Below are positions 29,636 through 42,009 of a stretch of 64,000 bases of DNA, in pieces. Made by a program: the position numbers and the translations under genes. Within the stretch, counting starts at the first letter, position 1. Each line of letters opens with the position of its first letter. Under the pieces are notes generated by a model. It searched no databases. It was given only the letters and a program-made list of their open reading frames with translations, and had not been told where the DNA came from. This stretch comes from Yuukianura sp. NJ FZ-2021 (lineage: Eukaryota). Location of the stretch: the NCBI GenBank assembly GCA_046563655.1, contig CM102287.1, positions 7,440,001-7,504,000 of the forward strand. Reading direction: 5' to 3'.

Positions 29636-31381
29636 ATGATGTCATTGTCAGCTGCTGGGAAATTGCATCCACAGAAATTAGTAGAAAACAGTGGTAAAGG
29701 AACATCCCAAATGGAAGCTTCAGACAACTACATTCTGGTGGACGTCGGAGCTAACTTGACCAATCGGAAGTTCACGAGAGACATTGACAATGTAGTGCAG
29801 AGGGCTCGGGAAGTTGGAATCCAGAAAATCATGGTCACTGGAACAAGTATTAGTGTGAGCAAAGAGGCACTGAGGCTGACACGCCTCTTTCCGGATGTAC
29901 TCTACTCTACTGCTGGTAAAACATACATTTTAACATGGATCTTAACCATAAAACAACCTAACTCGAAAAGGTCAAAGGTCATGAGGTATACTGTTTGCAT
30001 TGCATAAGAACAGAGCGGCGTGTCACTGACATTCTGAATGGCCTACTTTCTCTTTTATTCTTTCCAAGTTTTTTTCCATGTTGTCTGACGATTAGTGTGC
30101 CCTCATTTAATTCTTAGAACTAAAAAGCATGTTATTACATTCCTTTCAATTTTCAGTCAATTTTGAAATGTGCTGAAAAATTACGCAATTATATGAGTGT
30201 TACACGTGTAGACAACAGATAGATTTAACATGACAAATTTTCTAGTCAAAAATCGATAAACGAAGCCAAATTAGGCATTTACCGGGAAAAATCGATATCT
30301 CACAAAGTTTGACACAATTCAAAGCCGGAGAAAGCGGAGGAGGCTTCCAGGAATCAATTATTTCTGGAAATCCTGGAAATGTCCTTAGGAAATTTCCATA
30401 GGAAATCATTTATGTTTTGTCAATTTGCAGGCCTACATCCACATGACGCCAAGCTTTGGGACGACGAATCGGAAGCGGAAATTATTAGTTTATGTTCAAA
30501 TCCAGAATGTGTCGCAGTAGGAGAGTGTGGCCTAGATTTCAACAGAAACTTCTCACCGCCGGATGTCCAACTAACTGTTTTTGAAAAACAAGTGTCAATT
30601 GCCTGTCAACTGAAGAAACCACTATTTGTCCATGAACGTGATGCGCATGACGAAATGGTTTCAATTTTGTCCAAGTACAAAGACACACTTCCGCCCACCG
30701 TTATCCACTGTTTCACTGGAACGACTGATCAAGCTAAGACTTACCTCAGTATGGGACTCTATCTCGGCCTTACCGGTAATCGAATTCAAAATTTCCAAAA
30801 TATAAAACTTTTTATGATTTCAAAATTTAAAATTTTTTGAATTTCAAGGATACATTTGGAAAGACAAGAGTGACAATGGCGTTCGACGGTTACTGACAGA
30901 CAACATTCTACCACTGGACAGAATCCTGCTGGAAACTGATTCGCCTTTCATGTATCCAAATACACGATCAGCTAAACTAACTGCAGACATGAAACAAAAT
31001 TTGTCACCAAGGTATGCCGCAGTAAAAATTTCGAAATCAAATTCGAAACTTTTCGAAAAAGTTAGCTTTCAAAATACCTATAGCTGAAAAAAGTCAGTGA
31101 AATCAGAGCTAAAAAATTTGATCGCACGATTTTTTATTTTGAAATTGTTTTTCTTTTTTAATATAACTTTTTTTTTTGAAAATTCAACTAACTCTTCGTA
31201 ATTTTTTGTTTATCGTAGAGCAATGAACTATCTTACAAGACATTGCACTTTCCAACGGAACGAACCCTGCTCTCTGGCAGCTACACTCGAAATGATATCC
31301 GGGCTAATGGGAAAATCGCCAGAAGAAGTTGCAATGGCCACGACATACAACGCTGTCAAAATATTTGGTCTTTCATCCTAA
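29636..31381 (+). CDS. TatD-family 3'-5' ssDNA/RNA exonuclease (4 coding exons)
   Basis: DVGANLT..IMVTGT..YSTAGLHPHDAK..AVGECGLDFNRNFSP..LFVHERDAH..VIHCFTG..ILLETDSPFM..RNEPC..TTYNAVKIFGL. GT-AG introns are in frame. Confidence 0.93.
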
Positions 31382-31715
31382 AATTTGCCTTACAACAAAT
31401 AAAAATTAATTCCGAGCTTTATATTAGTGACGAATGCACAAGCGCTTTATTAACCTCTGTTATAAAGACGGATTTGTTCTGAACAGACTGATTGAAAACA
31501 TGACATAATGTTGAATAAAGAAATTGCATTGATTAGGATCACAACCAAAGCTCTGGTTTAGTAAAGACGAAATAATTCATGACCGCCAACATTCAAAATG
31601 CAATTAAACTCAAAACGCAATTTTCATAACAATTAATAATTTTTATCCAAGGATACAATAGGGCCAAACGATTTTGTTTTTTTCTCCTACTGAAGTGATT
31701 GTCTCTTGAATTTTT

Positions 31716-32824
31716 TTAATCTTCAGCTTCTTCAGTTTCAGAATTTTTTGGAACGTTTGACGCTTTGGTTTGTGCATCCGCCGGAATGGATGAATCTGTG
31801 GAAGGTTCGGCAAGATTTGAATCAGTTTCTGGTGATTGGGCGCCATCTTGGTTGTCTAAGGCAGGGTGTTCAGCGTCTGTCGCTGATTCTTCAGCGTTTT
31901 TCGCTGGTTCTGCAGCGTCAGCCACACTGTCATCGGGTTTTCCTTGTGGTTCGGCAGCAGTTTTCGGCAGTTCAGTTCCATTGGTACCTCCATTGAGCGT
32001 TTGTCCAATAACCCTCTCAGCGTGCAAAAAATCTTCCAAAATGTCGTTCTCATTTGCCAAGTCAAAGTCATCGTAGTCCTAAAATTTTGAAACTTTAAAA
32101 ACTTTTGTTTTGTTAAAATTTAACTTTGACTTACTCCACAGTAGACTTCATCATTGAAAACTTGTGGACTTAGAACAATTTTTGCATCGCCTTTGGGTTT
32201 TGCATTTTTCATCATGAATTCCTTGGCGGATTCTTTACCAGCCTCTGTGATATCGACGGCTTCATACGGGATTTGTTTGCTGTCCAAAATCATCATCACT
32301 CTTTGTTGATGCTTCTTTACCTGGAATACGAAAATTTCAAAATTTCGAACTTTCAAAAATTTCGAAATTCTAAATGGAAATTCTGAAATGTTTACAAAAT
32401 TTGTTGTAATATAGTGCGGAATTTAAAACAAAATGTGGATAACATTGCTTCCACATCGCTGTTCAATCCGAAATAGTTAATATTTGCGGCGAATGTTAAT
32501 ATAATCAGAGCTTTTCCAGGCATTGCCACGCCCAATTTAACAAAAGTTAATTGATTTGTATCAGATATCTACATTATAAATTTGTTACAGTTTAGATTCT
32601 TTGTACGAGGGACTTAACACGCAAAATACAATTCAAAAAGCATTGCTGAATCTATTATTTAAAAAACGCTAGAATCGTTTTTACAAAATTCAACGTTTTG
32701 GAAATATTTTAGTGATTTGTAAAGTTGCCAAAAGTCACGAAAATAAAATAAAAACCGTTGTGTTTGATTGATAACTGACCTCTTTGTTACCGGAGATCTC
32801 CGCGTAGTAAACTTTAACCACCAT
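31716..32824 (-). CDS. SH3 domain-binding glutamic acid-rich protein homolog (SH3BGR/Sh3beta family) with acidic tail, 3 exons
   Basis: MVVKVYYAEISGNKE|VKKHQQRVMMILDSKQIPYEAVDIT..PQVFNDEVYCG|DYDDFDLANENDILEDFL is the SH3BGR thioredoxin-like signature. Confidence 0.92.
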
Positions 32825-34621
32825 TGTCGTTGTTCTGTTGTTCAGTCGAAGTGTCTTTCGTGTTTAATCAGCAATTGACCAACTTAATTTAAAGATTTGA
32901 AAGGGACACCAAATACGAAGAAATGAAGAATAAAACTACCAACTGAGTTTCCTTATAAAACATAGCAAACATTCATCTCCTCATCCTTTCAGTTTATCCC
33001 CCCGATTCTTTTTGGGTTTGGGATTTTAGCACATCAACATTCGGGCAAAATAAGAAACTATAAAAGTCCTCAAATACTGAGCGAAAAGCGGACGTTTTTA
33101 GTTAGTAAAATCCAAATTGAAGGCGATAAATAATTTTAAAAATTTTATTTTTCTGATTTTTTTTATTACATAAAAATTGGATACTACTAACACAAGCTTC
33201 GATGGCTTTAGTATGAGTAACTGTTAAAATAAAATTCCGTAATGTCGACCTTTGCAATGAATAACATTGATTTTAGTTAAAATATCGAAGTAGATTAACA
33301 AACTTTCGGAGTACAAAACTATTTGCCTACACGAATTTTCAAAAATTTAACATTTCCTTTTTTTATAATTAGGCGAGCAACTTCTGGAAAATCTAACAGT
33401 TGCAGAAACGTAGTCGTATAACTTTAGTTAAATAGATACAAATTGATAAATTAAATATGTACTGAAATTCGTTAGTCTGAAAGTGTTTGTCGAATACCGT
33501 AAATTTAGGGGATAAATCTGTATAACGAGGTGTAGCACACATTTATGTAATAGCATACCATATGCAGCGACATGTGTAAGGAAGAGGGCACAAATGGTAG
33601 TACTTCGGCATCTGAAATCGTGTTATACGAATTCAACTTGATCTGGATATTTGAAAGATAGTCTTTTTTTATTTCTTTTAAAAAATTGTATGCTTTACAT
33701 TTTGAAAAATTTGACTTAAAAAGATATACTACAAGCGCATCTTTTGTCAGTATTACATTTTAAGTAATACTGTCGACTTTAATAATCTCTTGTTATTAAG
33801 TTTGTGTAATTTTGGAAGAATGAACACTACAGTTATACTCTGCAACTTTGTATAACTGTTATAATTTATTATTCAGATATTATATAAATTTGTATACAGA
33901 TTTTCAAAACACTACTACATGTTTTAAAGCATGTTTGAGGCTAATATAAATTAAGGCATAGTAAGTTTTTTAACACTGAACTGAAACTGTAAACTCAAAA
34001 GTGTACATTTTTGCACATTACGAAGAATATACTACATTTGCCTAGAAGCTTGATGTTTTTCTGCCGACTTCTGGTAGCTATAGTGTAATTGATCAAGTAA
34101 GATTAGAAGAACCTACGGTTTAGTGAACACCATAAACAAAGGTAAGTTTTCATTTATCACTTTATGGCATCAAATTACTCATACAGGTGCATCATGCATT
34201 GGCTAATTTCAATTTAAACCCGATGCCAATTTCATGCCGTCAGGCAGAGGATAATCGAAACAGGAAAAACTTGACGAGGACGACGTATTATAAGAGGTCA
34301 TGCTCATGAATTTATGAATCGGGCTCAAATTTCGCAGCAAAATTTCCCTTTGCTTTTCAAATTTTATTCTGAACGTTATGCAGCTAAATGTTTTCTTTGA
34401 TAGATTTCTAACTATAATCAAAATTTCGGATGCATGAAGCGTGACACGAAAGAGAAATCATTAGCTTTCGTAACCCTAAAATTCAAAAATTTAAAATCCT
34501 CGAAGACAATTGAGTTTTGAAAGTCAGGGTGCACGATCATTGTCGAAATAATAATACTATTAAAAATTAAATAATAATACTATACATAATAATATTTGAA
34601 TTTAAAAAATGACAGATTACG

Positions 34622-36082
34622 ATGAGAGCAGACGGAATCCAATATTCAGATGCTCCGGACGAATCGAATCAGCCTGCAGTAACCCCGGAAAGCAGGCCGA
34701 TGCATGTCATTCGATCCCAGCAGCTTGGTTCTCCAATAGTTTATCGTATGAAGGAAAACGAATTTGGCAGCACATTCAAACTACTTCCTCAAACGAGTCA
34801 ACTTAGGGAGCTGCAGACAATCATTCGGGACAAGTGAATGAATTTTCCCGGACTTAAATTGTATTATATTGATGTGGATGTACACTGTTTTGTCAACTAT
34901 TTACTTCTAGGTACACTACAAGAGGGGACTTCAAGTTCTATGCAGACAGACTGGTAAGAAATTTTATATTGTTACAATTCTCACAACTAATTACTAAACT
35001 ATATGGGTTTATTTCCGCGTCTGAGGTGCAATACAATGGATTTCCAAAGCATAAAATTTAGCATTTCAATTCTTTAACTCAATTTTCACTGAGACCAAGT
35101 CAACAAAAAGAAAAGTTGAGAATTTATTAATTTACTTCTGTGAAAGCAAGAAAATATTTTGCCCCAGAAGCACTAGAAAAGTTTTTATTTCAGAAATTTT
35201 CACAACAGAATTTTTTATGGTCAAAAAACCGAATAGCGGCCGGTTTGGCAGTTTCAAAAAAAGTAGAAAATTTGCCATAACTTGTGAACTTTGGATTTCA
35301 GATTCGGCTTATAATTGAAGAGAGCTTGAACCAACTGCCTTCTCGACCATGCACAGTTACCACGCCCACTGGAGGAATATACGATGGACTCAAATTTGAA
35401 AAGGGCAACTGTGGTGTAAGCATCGTTCGATCTGGTGAAGCTATGGAAAATGGTACGTATAGCCAAGCTTTCTTTGATTTACATACAAGTAACAATTTTG
35501 CTTTTATATTGTTAGGACTCAGAGATTGCTGTCGCTCTATCCGAATTGGTAAAATTCTGGTTGAAAGCGACGCGGACACGCACGAGGCGCGCGTAGTTTA
35601 TGCTCGATTCCCAGAAGACATCAAGAAGCGAAAAGTGATTTTGATGTACCCAATCATGTCTTCGGGTAACACGGTTAATAAGGTAATATTAAAAAACATT
35701 ACAAGAACATTATGTTAAGTAATATGATAATAAGATTTCATAATAATTATAATCGTTCATGTTGAATTTTGATTTATTTCGTAGGCCGTTACGGTTCTAA
35801 AAGATCACCAAGTGCTGGAGGAAAATATTGTTTTAGCTAATTTGTTCTGCACGCCTCATGCCGTTTGCTCTGTTCTCTCAACATTTCCGAAGGTAAGTAC
35901 TAAATTTCGGTTGTAGTCTAACCTGTACCTGACCTTGAATTCAATTGAGATTTTGTATGGTAAAGCAAATTATACTAAAGGAAAAACATTTTTTGGTTTG
36001 CTCTTAGATGAAAATTTTGACGTCCGAAGTCCATCCCGTAGCACCTAACCATTTCGGCCAAAAATATTTTGGAACTGATTGA
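34622..36082 (+). CDS. UPRT: Uracil phosphoribosyltransferase homolog (6 coding exons)
   Basis: LRELQTIIRDK|YTTRGDFKFYADRL|IRLIIEESLNQLP..GNCGVSIVRSGEAME..LRDCCRSIRIGKILV..MYPIMSSGNTV..KILTSEVHPVAPNHFGQKYFGTD*. The start codon is approximate. Confidence 0.93.
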
Positions 36083-36366
36083 AAACATGAAGAGAACTTT
36101 TTTTGACAATTCTTCAATACCAAGCCAAACCATCAATACGATTCACATACTAGATATATTCTTTAAAGTTCAAATGTGAAAATAGTATAGTAAAAAGTAA
36201 ATGTTAGTAAATACGGCAATTTGAAATATTCAAATTTCAAAACGGAAACAGATACAAACTTTTCTGTGATGAAAACCTTGTAATGAAGAAAGTAGATAGG
36301 TTCATATGAATGAATGGAAATTTTGGGAAAACTTTTACAATGTTTTTCAAAGGAATACTTTTCTGT

Positions 36367-38273
36367 TCAAGCTGTTCTTTCGCTAATGACAACTGTAGAC
36401 GAAACTGGCGCGAGTGTCAGTTGGCCATGCTTGTACTCGAGCGACGGTAGAGGTTGCATTGGAACTCCTTCAACGTTAAAATTCAGTGCCATGTTGGCGG
36501 CAAAAAGAAACATGGAATCTTTCGCAAAAGTATCACCGGGACAAACCCGTCTTCCAACAGAAAACGGCATCAGAGCCTCATGCCTCAAAACAGTCGATTC
36601 GTCTTCACTGAGGAATCGTTCCGGTCGGAACTCTTCGACATCCGACCCCCATATTTCGGAATCATGGTGATTCCCATACAGATTTGCAAGAATCAACGTT
36701 CCCTTAGGAATGGAGTAACCGTGGAACACTGTGTCTTCTATCGCAACATGTGGCACGCACAACCCGGCAATTGACGATACGCGTAGTGTTTCCAAAATGA
36801 CGGCTTCAGTGTAAGGTAAACTGCAAATGTAAAATAATGTATTTCGAAAAACAGCGTTAGCCGAGTTTGAAACTTTTGATAACACAAGCAAATGCTGAAT
36901 TTGAATTTTCCTTACCTTTTGCGGTCAGTGAGCGTGACACTTCGACTTCTTCCGACGACTCTGTCCAGTTCTTGTTGCAGTTTTTCTTGAACTCGAGGGT
37001 TGTGCAACAAGTAGAGGTTGAGCCAACTCAAACTGACAGCAGTCGTGTCCGTTCCGGCCAAAAAGAAATCCGCCATGACGGATATGAGCGAACGCACTGC
37101 GAAGAGTTCAAGTTGAAATTTAATTCACTTTTTGAAAATACGGAATCGCAATAAATAATATATTACCTCCGCTGGTTGCGGCGTGGAAAGTCGATTCTGT
37201 ATTTGCTGTTTTTCGAATTTCGGCCAAGTAGAGGTCTATGAAATCTCTGGGCTCATTTTCCTGAAACGTCGCTTGATGCTGTTGGATTATCTTATTAAAC
37301 AATGCAATCCTATGCTCAGTGCATGCTACGAGGTGACCCCACCCACTCCATTTTGGAAACATTTTTCCAACTTGAGGATAAAACATAATGAACAGGTTTC
37401 GCAAAGCGCTATATTCAAACACCGCTTTTCCAGCCCTAACAAATTTCACAAAAAATAGTCACACATTTCTCAGAAATCAATAAACATAACATGGGTTCTA
37501 AACTTACCGCTCCAAATCCTCAAGGATTTTGTGCAACTTTTCATCGTCGTGGTCAAAACGGTCACCTGTGATGATTTTCCAGAGTGAATTGACTACTGCT
37601 AGTGAAAATCGATGCTGAAGATTGATTGGTGCTCGGTTTTGCTTTCTAATCCACCTCTGAATCTCAAGTACTTCGTCCATGATGAGTTCTTCCATGGAAC
37701 TTTTGCCAAAACCGAATTCCCGTAGATGCTTTAGGGCGAAGCGACGCTGTTCAGCCCAGGTTTCGCCAACGGCATTGCCAATACCATGTTCATCACCAGC
37801 CAAAAGGTAGAAGGCTTCTAAGCTGTCGCGTCCGCTGAACACGACGCTACTGTAGCCTTCTTTGATTAACTGCGTCCCATGCAAACACACAGCCCTACCC
37901 ATCAAAAATACGTTTCGGCCAATCATGAACAAACTTTGTAAAAGTACGCATGTGCATGTGATACTTGCGTTTGTTCAAGTAGTCTGCAGATTCTTACAAT
38001 TTTGGTCCAAAATGGAAGCCGATGATTGGTCCATACTTTTTAGATAGTTTAAAAAGAACATTGTGCGGTTCAACTCCCAAAGTCAACAAGTTTCCCAAGA
38101 ATGGTAGGCGAAGAGGGCCTGAAAATATTCAAAGTTTTAATTAATTGTAACTTTTAACTAAAAATTAAAAATCAAACGTTACCCGGAGGGAAATTATTTG
38201 GTCGTTGATTTCTTATCCACCAAATCAACCCTGCGACAGCACTGACCACGAGCAGAACCAACGCAAGAACCAT
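36367..38273 (-). CDS. Cytochrome P450, CYP2 clan (copy A, 6 exons)
   Basis: TM anchor plus FPPGPLRLPFLGN, C-helix WAEQRRF, I-helix AGTDTT, K-helix ETLR, PERF, heme motif FSVGRRVCPG. Confidence 0.93.
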
Positions 38274-38759
38274 TACGTTTCACCCTTGATTTAGAAATCC
38301 AAATATTTAATTGATTTGGCTCTTTTATATTGTCTATGCCTTTTGAAACGTGTTTGACGTGTAACTGTCTATTTTCGGGTGGGGAAACCTCATCTCGTGT
38401 TTTCTTGTCGCAATAATAATTAATTGGTTTCATGCTTTCTACGGGAATTATCCAATGCTGAGTGGAAGACAAATGGTCGCACGGTTTCTGTGGATTCTCC
38501 AGTAATTTTTAAACCCTGTTACATTACTGCTATAAAAAGTATTTTCAAAAATACATAAAAATATTTTAATAGTGTCATGCTGGTGGCCAAAGGACATTAC
38601 AAACCCAAATCAAGTCAAATCAAATCCACAAAAAGGCATTTTATTTGTTAAAGATGAGTATTTTATTTGTTATTAATAGTGCATTTATTAATTGATAGTC
38701 CACTGTTGGCATTTCTTAGAAATAAAAACTAATTTTCATAGCATTGTCTGAAATACAGT

Positions 38760-39062
38760 TCAAACGGTCCTTTCGTACATGACGACTGTGGATGAAACTG
38801 GTCCGAGTGTAAGTTGACCACTCTTGTAGGCCAATGGGGGTAGAGGTTGTCCAGGAACTCCGCCAACTTTGAAATTCAGTGCTATGTTGGCGGCAAACAG
38901 AAACATAGAATCTCTAGCCAAAGTTTCACCGAGACACACTCGTCTTCCGACCGAAAACGGCACGAGAGCCTCATGTCGCAAAACAGTAATTTCAGTCAAG
39001 TAAATATCCATAAAATCTCTGGGCACATCTTTTTGAATCGTAGATTTATGGTCCTTGATGAT
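38760..39062 (-). pseudogene. Truncated chimeric P450 remnant
   Basis: About 75 bp nearly identical to exon 4 of copy B (IIKDHKSTIQKD.PRDFMDIYLTEI) is joined directly to the last ~75 codons of a terminal exon (TVLRHEAL..FSVGRRVCLG..ERTV*). The 5' exons, I-helix and K-helix are missing. Confidence 0.88.
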
Positions 39063-39149
39063 ACTATTAATATACTTTAATTATATATATTAATATGAGT
39101 TAGTTAATAGCCAACTAAGAATGATCGCATTCATTATCTTTGATACACG

Positions 39150-41338
39150 TCAGACGGTCCTTTCATGCATAACGACTATGGTTGAGACTGGCGTTAGTGT
39201 CAGCTGACCAGTTTTGACTTCCAGTGGGGGTAGAGGTTGTCCAGGAACTCCGCCAACTTTGAAATTGAGTGCCATGTTGGCCGCAAACAGAAACAAGGAA
39301 TCTCTCGCCAAAGTTTCACCGAGACAGACACGTTTTCCGGTAGAAAACGGCACGAGAGCCTCATGTCGCAAAACAGTCGACTCGTCTTCACTGAGGAATC
39401 GTTCCGGTCGGAACTCTTCAACATCCGATCCCCATATTTCGGGATCGTGGTGATTCCCATACAGATTTGCAAAAATTAACGTTCCCTTAGGAATGGAGTA
39501 ACCATGGAACACTGTGTCTTCTAGCGCAGCATGTGGCACGCACAACCCGGCAATTGACGACACGCGCAGTGTTTCCAAAACGACGGCTTCAGTGTAAGGT
39601 AAACTGGAAATGTAAAATAGTATCATTTCGAAAAACAGCGCTAGGCGGATTTGAAAATTTTGAAAACACACAAATGTTGAATTCGAGTTTTCCTAACCTT
39701 TTTCGGTCACTTAGCGTGACGCTGCGACTTCTTCCGACGACTCTGTCCAGTTCCTGTTGCAGTTTGTTTTGAACTCGAGGGTTATGTAGTAAGTAGAGGT
39801 TGAGCCAACTCAAACTGACGGCAGTCGTGTCCGTTCCCGCCAAGAAGAAATCCCCCATGACGGACTTCAGTGAGTGAACTACGGTATATGGGATCAAACA
39901 CCACTCATGAAATAGTGTCAACTTTCCGCGCGCAATCTTTATAAACTTTCTTTTAAAAATGAATTTTTAGACAGTGAGTGGAGTACGACGAAAGCCAAAA
40001 TTGAATTACGGTACCACTTCGACTTAATTTTTGAAAACCCGAAATCGTAAGTTTACCTCCACTTGTTTCCGCATGGAAGCTCGATTCAGTATTTTTCGTT
40101 TTTTCAATTTCAGTCAAGTAAATATCCATAAAATCTCTGGGCGCATCTTTTTGAATCGTAGATTTATGGTCCTTGATGATTCTGTCGAATAAACTGACTC
40201 GCTGCTTGGAAGCTTCTACGAGACGATTCCAACCACTCCAATTTGGAAACATTTTTCCAATTTGAGGGTAGTACATTATGAACAGGTTTCGGGCTCCATT
40301 AAAATCAAACACCACTTTCCCACCTCTACAAAAATTTCAAACCAATTGTTAGTCCAACATCTACAAGTCTTCAAAGACAAAAAGTGAGTTGCTCATGCCT
40401 TTCTAGATCTTCCAAGATTTGATGAAGCTTCTTGTCGTCATGGTCGAATCGGTCGCCAGTGACGATTTTCCAGAGTGAATTGACCACTGCAAGTGAGAAT
40501 CGATCTATGAGGTTGACAGGGGAGCCACTATTTTTTCTGAGCCACTTCTGGAACTCCACTACTTCGTCCATGATTAATTCCTCCATGGAGCTTTTGCCAA
40601 AACCAAAGTCACGCAGATTCCTCAGAGCAAATCGTCGCTGTTCAACCCAGGTTTCCCCAACGGCGTTCACAATCCCTTTCTCATCGCCAGACAAAAAGTG
40701 AAACGCTTCCGTCACGGGGCGCCCGCTGAACACGGCATTCGCGTAACCCTCTTTTATTAATTGCGTACCGTGCAGAACGATTGCGCTGTAAATCAATAGA
40801 ATTACTTGTAAACACGCATGTGCAAAAAGCCAGCAGATTTCCTACTTTGAAACAAAATTTGAAGCTAAGATAGCTATTGGACAGCGTGGTGTAGGAAGTG
40901 TTTTTTTTTCTTTACGAACCTTGTTAAAACTATTTTCAAACTCGGGGAGGTTAAAAGTAGTGTATGGTTAAGCATACCTTAACCAAACGAGAGTTAAAAT
41001 TTCGCGCCAATAATACTGTGGTTATGGTTCTTACAAATCCGGTCCAAGTTTAATTCCGACGATTGGTCCATACTTTTTGGACATCTTCCAGCAGGCTTCA
41101 TGTGGTTCAGCTCCGAGTTCCAATACATTTCCAAGGAATGGCAGAGGCTGCGGGCCTAAATTAAAAATTAAGTCTCTATGAAAAATGTTTAACAAAAGGT
41201 AGGTAAAAATTAAAAAAACATTTCTATTTTTTATTGATGAGGTTTACCCGGTGGGAAATTTTTTGGGCGTTGGTTTCTCACAAACCAAATTACGGCTACT
41301 ACAACCGTCACAACGAACAATAATAATTCAGGAACCAT
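39150..41338 (-). CDS. Cytochrome P450, CYP2 clan (copy B, 6 exons, tandem paralog of copy A; intron 3 needs a GC donor)
   Basis: MVPELLLFVV..FPPGPQPLPFLGN, WVEQRRF, AGTDTT, ETLR, PERF, FSTGKRVCLG. Same exon structure as copy A. Confidence 0.9.
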
Positions 41339-42009
41339 TTTATTCGCCTTCTTGGTTAGATGTTTGTCTATATTCTGCACAATTTCATATTGTGATTCTT
41401 TCTTTTGTACACCAAAGTATTTAGAACATATTCGGCGAAGTTATCATCGCGAGATAAGTACAAACCTTACAATGAGTAAAGCGTCCCGTGATTAAGCCTC
41501 GTGCGATTTCTCGCCTCATGACAATGACCATGAATTTTTTTTGTGTTAAAGTGAGAATTATTAAAGTGGATTGAAGTGGGTAGGGCAAAGGTAGCCTACA
41601 TTCTATAGATTCAGGAGTGACCTTCAACCCCATTACATTACTAAATCAGGATATAGCGAAAAAACAACACTGTCCTACCACCTTACGTCAGTGCATGTTT
41701 AAAATTAAATCATAGTTTTTAGCCTTCTGACAATGCGAAATCATGTAAATGCAAAATAAAGTCATTTTCTAATTCTACTGCTTTGCCAAATAATTATCGT
41801 CTTTCTATTGGTTCCCTGTCTACAACAAGAATTAGTATTACGGGGAATTAACAACTGGAATAAATGTATGAAATGTGTAATGATTATAATAGTACTGCGT
41901 TGTCTGCCTTATATTATCAATTACCCTACATGTACATTACTATGTAATATTGTAATGAGGTAAAATCCATTGAAATATTATTTCCTCCGGATATTTCGTC
42001 CTCGTTTGC

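Noticed and set aside
29636..31381. TatD as a recent bacterial horizontal transfer
   Set aside because: The gene has spliceosomal introns and host-like composition, and TatD homologs are widespread in animals.
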